Shown here piece after piece: positions 28,852 through 33,548 of a DNA stretch of 33,548 nucleotides. How positions within the stretch are numbered: position 1 is the first letter of the stretch; every line of letters starts with the position of its first letter. This DNA is from Deltaproteobacteria bacterium (GTDB lineage Bacteria; Desulfobacterota; Desulfobacteria; Desulfobacterales; C00003060), in the NCBI GenBank assembly GCA_030592345.1, contig JAUVJO010000003.1, forward strand, positions 1 through 33,548, read 5' to 3'. Under the pieces are notes generated by a model that ran no database searches, was not told the origin of the DNA, and saw nothing but the letters and a program-made list of their open reading frames with translations. The position numbers and the translations under genes were made by a program.

Positions 28852-29091
28852 TCAGTGTCTGTTGCCCTGGCGGCCGCTGAAACGATATGTGATTCTCCCC
28901 CGTGAGAGGTCGTACGGCGAAAGTTCTACAGTTACCGTGTCTCCCGGAAGGATCTTTATCGAATATTTGCGCATTTTTCCACACGGATGAGCAAGTATCT
29001 GATGCTTGTTCTCCAACTCTACCTTATAGTTGCCGTGGGACATATCCTGGATGACTTTGCCGCGTACTTCAATGGCGTCTTCTTTTGCCAC
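28852..29091 (-). CDS. infA: Translation initiation factor IF-1 (divergent, probable paralog)
   Basis: [39 protein letters not shown]; GTG start 7 nt after AAGGAGGTGA. Confidence 0.9.
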   Translation of the reverse strand: MAKEDAIEVRGKVIQDMSHGNYKVELENKHQILAHPCGKMRKYSIKILPGDTVTVELSPYDLSRGRITYRFSGRQGNRH

Positions 29092-29197
29092 TATCAATTC
29101 ACCTCCTTGTGTAGGGCATATTCATGACACTAGCTCCGCTTTTCTCCGCAATCGGAATAATGGAATTGTGGAATATTGGGTTTAAAAGGGTTTCTAC

Positions 29198-29302
29198 TAT
29201 AGACTTCCACATATTAAATTTCACAAGGCCAGAGGGAGGAGGCTGTATTGTAATACGCCGACGACCGATAACGCTGTGAAATTTAATATGTGAAAGTCTA
29301 TA
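29198..29302 (+). mobile_element. Family A copy 4 (105 bp)
   Basis: Consensus arms (1 mismatch) and core; 16 bp from the rpsI stop. Confidence 0.9.
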
Positions 29303-29318
29303 GTCAAAGGCTTCTAAG

Positions 29319-29708
29319 CTACCGCTTGGAATACTGGAAGCGGGCGCGAGCCCCTTTTTGACCGTACTTTTTTCGTTCTTTGATCCTTGGGTCCCGTGTA
29401 ACAAAACCAGCCCTTTTCAGAACCAGTCTGAATTCCGGATTCACCTGAAGCAACGCCTTGGTGATACCATGCCGAATGGCAGCCGCCTGACCGGAAATCC
29501 CGCCGCCCGAGACATTGACGTTTATGTCATAGCTACCATACGTATCAGTCAAAACCAGAGGTTGCTCCACAATCATCTTGGCAGTTTCCCTGCCAAAATA
29601 ATCATCGATACTCCGCTTGTTGATAACAATGCTTCCTTTTCCTGGTTTAAGCCATGTTCTGGCCACCGAGGTTTTCCGCTTTCCAGTACCATAATAAGCT
29701 TCTGGCAT
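29319..29708 (-). CDS. rpsI: 30S ribosomal protein S9
   Basis: [45 protein letters not shown]. Confidence 0.99.
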   Translation of the reverse strand: MPEAYYGTGKRKTSVARTWLKPGKGSIVINKRSIDDYFGRETAKMIVEQPLVLTDTYGSYDINVNVSGGGISGQAAAIRHGITKALLQVNPEFRLVLKRAGFVTRDPRIKERKKYGQKGARARFQYSKR

Positions 29709-29717
29709 AAAAAACTC

Positions 29718-30152
29718 CTAGACCTGAGGTCGCAGTGGTTGAGGCCGCTGTGCCACATGTGGGTGATCTGGTCCTGCATAAATTTTGAGTTTTGTTAGCA
29801 TTTTACGACCGAGTCTATTTTTTGGAAGCATCCCGCGGACAGCACAGGTGACCAAATCCTCAGGCCGCTTATGCAAAAGCTGTTTGGCGGTCATAGACTT
29901 AAGCCCCCCGACGTAACCACTGTGGCGATAGTACATCTTCTGGTCCCACTTCGCGCCTGTCAAAGCGACTTTAGCCGCATTAATCACAATGATGTGATCC
30001 CCAGTATCAATATGGGGCGTATAAATGGGTTTATGCTTTCCCGAGAGTCGAACGGCAACCAGGCTGGCGAGTCTGCCCAAAACACACCCGTTCGCATCAA
30101 TGACGTACCATTTTCTTCCAACTTCTTTTGGTTTTGCAGAATAAGTTTTCAT
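29718..30152 (-). CDS. rplM: 50S ribosomal protein L13
   Basis: [47 protein letters not shown]. Confidence 0.99.
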   Translation of the reverse strand: MKTYSAKPKEVGRKWYVIDANGCVLGRLASLVAVRLSGKHKPIYTPHIDTGDHIIVINAAKVALTGAKWDQKMYYRHSGYVGGLKSMTAKQLLHKRPEDLVTCAVRGMLPKNRLGRKMLTKLKIYAGPDHPHVAQRPQPLRPQV

Positions 30153-30193
30153 GATTCGGTCTCTCTCTGAGTGTTAAGTGCTATAAAAGGGTG

Positions 30194-30223
30194 ACCATAA
30201 ATCCCATCAGTTCGCAATGTCAA
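30194..30223 (-). promoter_or_regulatory. Putative sigma70 promoter of rplM-rpsI
   Basis: TTGACA-N18-TATGGT on the minus strand. Confidence 0.55.
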
Positions 30224-30270
30224 GGGAAAAATCACTCTTTGTTGCGCAAGCGCACTGGCGCTCAAACTTC

Positions 30271-30299
30271 TTGACAAACGCTCCGGATTCTAATACGTG
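30271..30299 (+). promoter_or_regulatory. Putative sigma70 promoter of adk
   Basis: TTGACA-N17-TACGTG. Confidence 0.45.
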
Positions 30300-30313
30300 A
30301 GCGATCTTAGGTG

Positions 30314-30567
30314 GTGCCTGAACGAAAGTTACCCTTCCGTGTCATTTCGAGCGAAGTGAGAAATATGTTGTTTGTTGTTTACGGATTTCTTCCCGCTATA
30401 GGCTTTAAGATAAAGATTTTGGGAAGGCTAGAGGGAGGAAGGCGTACTCGTCGTACGTTGACGACCGATAACGCATCCAAAATCTTTATCTTAAAGCCTA
30501 TAACAGCGTGATCGAAATAACAACTAAAGCAGCCCCAACGAGAAGAAGGGGATTTCCGTTCAGGCAC
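30314..30567. repeat. Nested inverted-repeat elements in the putative adk leader
   Basis: Outer GTGCCTGAACG..CCCTTC / GAAGGG..CGTTCAGGCAC; middle TGTCATTTCGA (30340) / TCGAAATAACA (to 30522); encloses family A copy 5. Confidence 0.75.
30397..30502 (+). mobile_element. Family A divergent copy 5 (106 bp)
   Basis: Perfect 26-bp arms TATAGGCTTTAAGATAAAGATTTTGG; core AAGGCTAGAGGGAGGAAGGCGTAC..GTACGTTGACGACCGATAACGC. Confidence 0.87.
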
Positions 30568-30596
30568 TAAGCAAACTTACAAGAAAGGAGAGGAGT

Positions 30597-31271
30597 ATGA
30601 ACATTTTGATGTTTGGACCAAACGGCAGTGGCAAGGGGACACAAGGGGCGATCGTAAAGGACAAATACAATCTGCCCCATGTTGAATCAGGGGCAATATT
30701 CCGTGAAAATATCGGTAAAGGTACGGAAATCGGCGTCAAGGCCAAAGAATATATTGACCGCGGCGAATTAGTGCCGGACGAAATCACCATTCCGATGATT
30801 CTGGACCGCCTGAAACAAGACGATTGCAAAAATGGCTGGCTCTTGGATGGGTTCCCGAGAAACAAAGTACAGGCCATAAAACTGGATGAAGCCCTGAAGG
30901 CCGCTGGCTTGGATCTGGATATTGTGGTCGAGGTGCTTCTGGATAGAGAAATTGCCAAGAACCGTATTATGGGGCGCAGGTTGTGCGCGAACGACAACAA
31001 TCATCCGAACAACATTTTTATTGACGCAATAAAACCGGATGGCGACAAGTGCCGTGTATGCGGTGGCGATCTTTCAACACGGTCCGACGATCAGGATGAA
31101 GATGCCATCGGCAAACGCCACGCTATTTACTACGATACTGATACCGGCACGTTGGCAGCGACTTATTATTTCAAAGATCTCGCTGAAAAAGAAGGCAAAA
31201 TCAAATATATTAACCTGGATGGCTCCCCCGGCGTAAAAGAGGTAACGGCAGATTTGATGTCGAAACTGTAA
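30597..31271 (+). CDS. adk: Adenylate kinase, Desulfovibrio-type metal-binding LID
   Basis: GPNGSGKGTQ, GELVPDEIT, LLDGFPRN, LID C-X5-H-X15-C-X2-C, RSDD. Confidence 0.96.
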   Translation: MNILMFGPNGSGKGTQGAIVKDKYNLPHVESGAIFRENIGKGTEIGVKAKEYIDRGELVPDEITIPMILDRLKQDDCKNGWLLDGFPRNKVQAIKLDEALKAAGLDLDIVVEVLLDREIAKNRIMGRRLCANDNNHPNNIFIDAIKPDGDKCRVCGGDLSTRSDDQDEDAIGKRHAIYYDTDTGTLAATYYFKDLAEKEGKIKYINLDGSPGVKEVTADLMSKL

Positions 31272-31332
31272 GGACATCCAGAACAACTTCTGTGCCTGCC
31301 CGGAACAACCAGGTTTCAGGCAGGCATGCATT

Positions 31333-31447
31333 TATAGACTTTCAGATAATTAATTTCACAAGGCCAGAGGGAGAAATCCGAGTAAGGCGTACGTTGTCGA
31401 GGATTTTGACCGATAACGCCGTGAAATTATTTATCTGAAAACCTATA
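31333..31447 (+). mobile_element. Family A divergent copy 6 (115 bp)
   Basis: Arms TTTCAGATAATTAATTTCAC / GTGAAATTATTTATCTGAAA; core extended by a GAAATCC/GGATTTT stem; between convergent adk and PilZ genes. Confidence 0.85.
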
Positions 31448-31473
31448 GCTCCGCTGTTCACGCATCATGCATC

Positions 31474-31866
31474 TCAAACATCATGGGCCTGTGGTGCTAC
31501 ACCCGTGGTGTAGACCTTAAGAAAAAGATCCAGTTGCGAAACCTTGTCTTCTGTGAGTCCCACAAACTGCACACCACACTGTTTGGTCATGAAGGTCTCA
31601 AACACTATGCGACTGGCATCATCAGACTTACGCTTTGGCATGTCATAGACGACCCTACACGGCACCTTGGCCAAATGAAAATCATTGCCGGAAAGAAAGA
31701 TATCTAATTGGGAGGCTTCCTGGTCTGAATCTTCATCAGTTATATACTCAAAAGCCAAGCCGCCTATGCTTATATTTTTGATCTTCCCAACTCTGGCAAA
31801 AGTGGACCCAAGTGCAGCGAATGCACTATCATGCGGCACGAACCGAATTTGTCTTCTCTGTTCCAT
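31474..31866 (-). CDS. PilZ domain protein (putative c-di-GMP receptor)
   Basis: RRQIR (RxxxR) and NISIGG (D/NxSxxG) motifs, GVQF strand. Confidence 0.85.
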   Translation of the reverse strand: MEQRRQIRFVPHDSAFAALGSTFARVGKIKNISIGGLAFEYITDEDSDQEASQLDIFLSGNDFHLAKVPCRVVYDMPKRKSDDASRIVFETFMTKQCGVQFVGLTEDKVSQLDLFLKVYTTGVAPQAHDV

Positions 31867-32100
31867 TGCCCCTCTATTTCACCTCAAAATTGATCCGGTT
31901 GATTAGAAAGATCCACAAACCTAACTTTGACCCGTTACACATAGTCATCTTCGTTTTCATTTTTGCGGGAAAATTCGGTGACTGTCAAGGATTATTCTTG
32001 GGGGTGATAAAATGGGTATGCCCTCTACCTACCCCTTCGCTCCAAGAGCTGAAAAAGGGTTTTGTCGATGTTCCAATTGTGCTGAAGCCCCAAAGTTAGG

Positions 32101-32187
32101 TGGTGCCGAAGGGGAGACTCGAACTCCCACGGGCGTACACCCACTAGACCCTGAACCTAGCGCGTCTACCAGTTCCGCCACTTCGGC
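32101..32187 (-). tRNA. tRNA-Leu (anticodon CAG)
   Basis: GCCGAAG acceptor stem, D arm with TGGTAGAC, anticodon arm CTAGG-TTCAGGG-TCTAG, long variable arm, GTTCGAG T loop, encoded CCA. Confidence 0.98.
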
Positions 32188-32192
32188 ACTTC

Positions 32193-32297
32193 TATAGACT
32201 TTCACATATTAAATTTCACAGCGTTATCGGTCGTCGGCGTATTACAATACAGCCTCCTCCCTCTGGCCTTGTGAAATTTAATATGTGAAGGTCTATA
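32193..32297 (-). mobile_element. Family A copy 7 (105 bp, reverse orientation)
   Basis: Consensus arms and core; ends 5 bp before tRNA-Leu +1. Confidence 0.9.
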
Positions 32298-32334
32298 AAC
32301 TCAGAAAAAGATTGATTTTGTAACGAGAGTATTC

Positions 32335-32363
32335 TAACTAGAACATTTCACTTTGTTTGTCAA
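32335..32363 (-). promoter_or_regulatory. Putative sigma70 promoter of tRNA-Leu
   Basis: TTGACA-N17-TAGTTA on the minus strand. Confidence 0.45.
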
Positions 32364-32384
32364 GGAGCATATAAGGCGATCAGC

Positions 32385-33314
32385 ATGGAACTCATTAATC
32401 ATCTCGGCGAAATTTCCAAACCATTCAAGAATGCTGTTGTTACTATTGGTAACTTTGACGGTGTTCACATCGGACATCGAGCCCTTTTCCGCCAGGTCAT
32501 GGAAAAGGCCCGAAGCATAGGGGGCACATCTGTGGTCATGACGTTTGAGCCCCATCCCATCCGGGTCCTTAACTGTAACAAGCACTTTCCGCTCATAACC
32601 CTTTATGAACAAAAGCTTGAGTTGATTGGCGCTATAGGCATAGACACGCTGGTATGTGTGCCATTTACCCAGGAGTTCGCTGCGACCCCGGCCCACACGT
32701 TTGTCAAAGAGATCCTATGTGAATTGATTGGCATGAAGTCGGCGGTAGTGGGCCAGGATTACAGCTTTGGAAAAAAGAGGGAAGGCAACATCTCCTTGCT
32801 CAGGGAAATGGGAACAACTTATGGTTTTGAAGTGATTATTTCAGGATGGGTTAAACTGGGCGATCGTCGCATTAGCAGCACCAAGATTCGAAATCTGGTA
32901 TTGGAAGGCAACGTCGAGGAAGCTAAGGAACTCCTGGGCCGCCACTATCAGGTTCGAGGGACAGTCATGCGGGGCCGGGATCGAGGAGGAAGACTACTCG
33001 GTTTCCCTACGGCCAACCTGAAACTCTACGATGAACTCTCCCCCAAGGGGGGTGTATATGTGGTGACCGTGGAGTGCCATGGCAATACCCACAAAGGTGT
33101 TGCCAATATCGGATACAGCCCAACGTTTGATAATGGCGAGTTCAGCATAGAGGCCCACATCTTTGATTTTGATCAGGATATTTATGATCAACCCATACGT
33201 GTGAATTTTATCCAACGCCTGCGCGGTGAAAAGAAGTTTCCCGGACCTGAAGCCCTGGCTGCCCAAATAGGTCTCGATATTGAGAAGGCTCGGGGTATCC
33301 TGTCTAACGTGTAG
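32385..33314 (+). CDS. ribF: Bifunctional riboflavin kinase / FAD synthetase
   Basis: TIGNFDGVHIGH, TFEPHP, VGQDYSFG, ISSTKIR, GRLLGFPTANL, IEAHIFDF, LRGEKKF. Confidence 0.97.
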   Translation: MELINHLGEISKPFKNAVVTIGNFDGVHIGHRALFRQVMEKARSIGGTSVVMTFEPHPIRVLNCNKHFPLITLYEQKLELIGAIGIDTLVCVPFTQEFAATPAHTFVKEILCELIGMKSAVVGQDYSFGKKREGNISLLREMGTTYGFEVIISGWVKLGDRRISSTKIRNLVLEGNVEEAKELLGRHYQVRGTVMRGRDRGGRLLGFPTANLKLYDELSPKGGVYVVTVECHGNTHKGVANIGYSPTFDNGEFSIEAHIFDFDQDIYDQPIRVNFIQRLRGEKKFPGPEALAAQIGLDIEKARGILSNV

Positions 33315-33370
33315 GTTGCGTGCCGAGTCTATGCACCATTCCCCTGCCACTTGACTGACCCATCCACACC

Positions 33371-33538
33371 GGGCGTATCCAGAACTCTTGGGGGATGCAT
33401 TCTCTTGAAACGACTTGCGCCGCATTTGTGAAGTACATTAAGTGCCTAAAGTGAACTAAAGTGAGCTAAAGTGCCTAAAGTAAAGGATGATATCCATTTG
33501 TGTTAGAGAAGTACTTGCTGGAAAAGTGCCTAAAGTTG
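33371..33538. repeat. Second copy of leader + TAAAGTG array (runs towards the window end)
   Basis: gggcgtatccagaact..gaaacgacttgcgcc.catttgtg.agtacattaagtgcctaaagtg matches 26133-26229; further unit at 33523-33537. Confidence 0.82.
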
Positions 33539-33548
33539 AAAGACAAAA

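Noticed and set aside
28778-28881. Possible c-di-GMP-I riboswitch (GCAAAACC...GGAAAGCC) and a TTCAGCG/CGCTGAA hairpin near the infA end
   Set aside because: The GNRA-capped stem and tetraloop receptor are not recoverable, and it is antisense to the surrounding genes.
29099-29404. ORFs reading through the palindromic elements (also 21602-21835, 30311-30511, 30379-30567)
   Set aside because: No RBS or homology; they arise from stop-free frames in the repeat, and the net insertion of 103 bp is not frame-preserving.
31293-31326. TGCCTGCC...GGCAGGCA hairpin as the adk terminator
   Set aside because: No adjacent U tract; it could equally be another mini-repeat, so it is not called.
31867-32100. 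tRNA-Leu 3' end as the attachment site of an integrated island
   Set aside because: No integrase and no duplicated tRNA 3' fragment in the window; the 10-bp inverted match cctaactttg (31920/32091) is too short to support anything.

Overview
Core-genome region of a Desulfobacterota-like (deltaproteobacterial) chromosome; the taxon is inferred from the PxxKW protein, the Cys/His-LID adenylate kinase and the N-terminally extended BamA. The left two thirds is a minus-strand envelope gene cluster: pilC, lysS, lolE/C, lolD, bamA, skp, lpxD, fabZ, lpxA, lpxI, Gfo/Idh/MocA, lpxB, DUF374, msbA, lptF, lptG, lpxK, ycaR/Trm112 and a GT2. It is followed by a PxxKW protein, a class I/II aminotransferase, ClC-CBS, truA, argC, a divergent infA, rpsI, rplM, adk, a PilZ protein, tRNA-Leu(CAG) and ribF. 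The genes are mostly ordinary; the non-coding DNA is not, because most larger spacers hold repeat elements. Nine TATA...TATA-ended palindromic elements (seven of 105-115 bp, two of 161 bp) have arms that diverge with compensatory changes yet share an AAGGC...AACGC core with tandem GA/GA mismatches. Two insertion sites can be reconstructed from within the window and support a TA duplication. Also present: a four-layer nested insertion before adk, a 217-bp element with a 6-bp direct repeat, a divergent infA bracketed by two element copies, and several 7-mer and 9/10-mer arrays, some reaching into protein termini. No transposase, integrase or CRISPR array is present.
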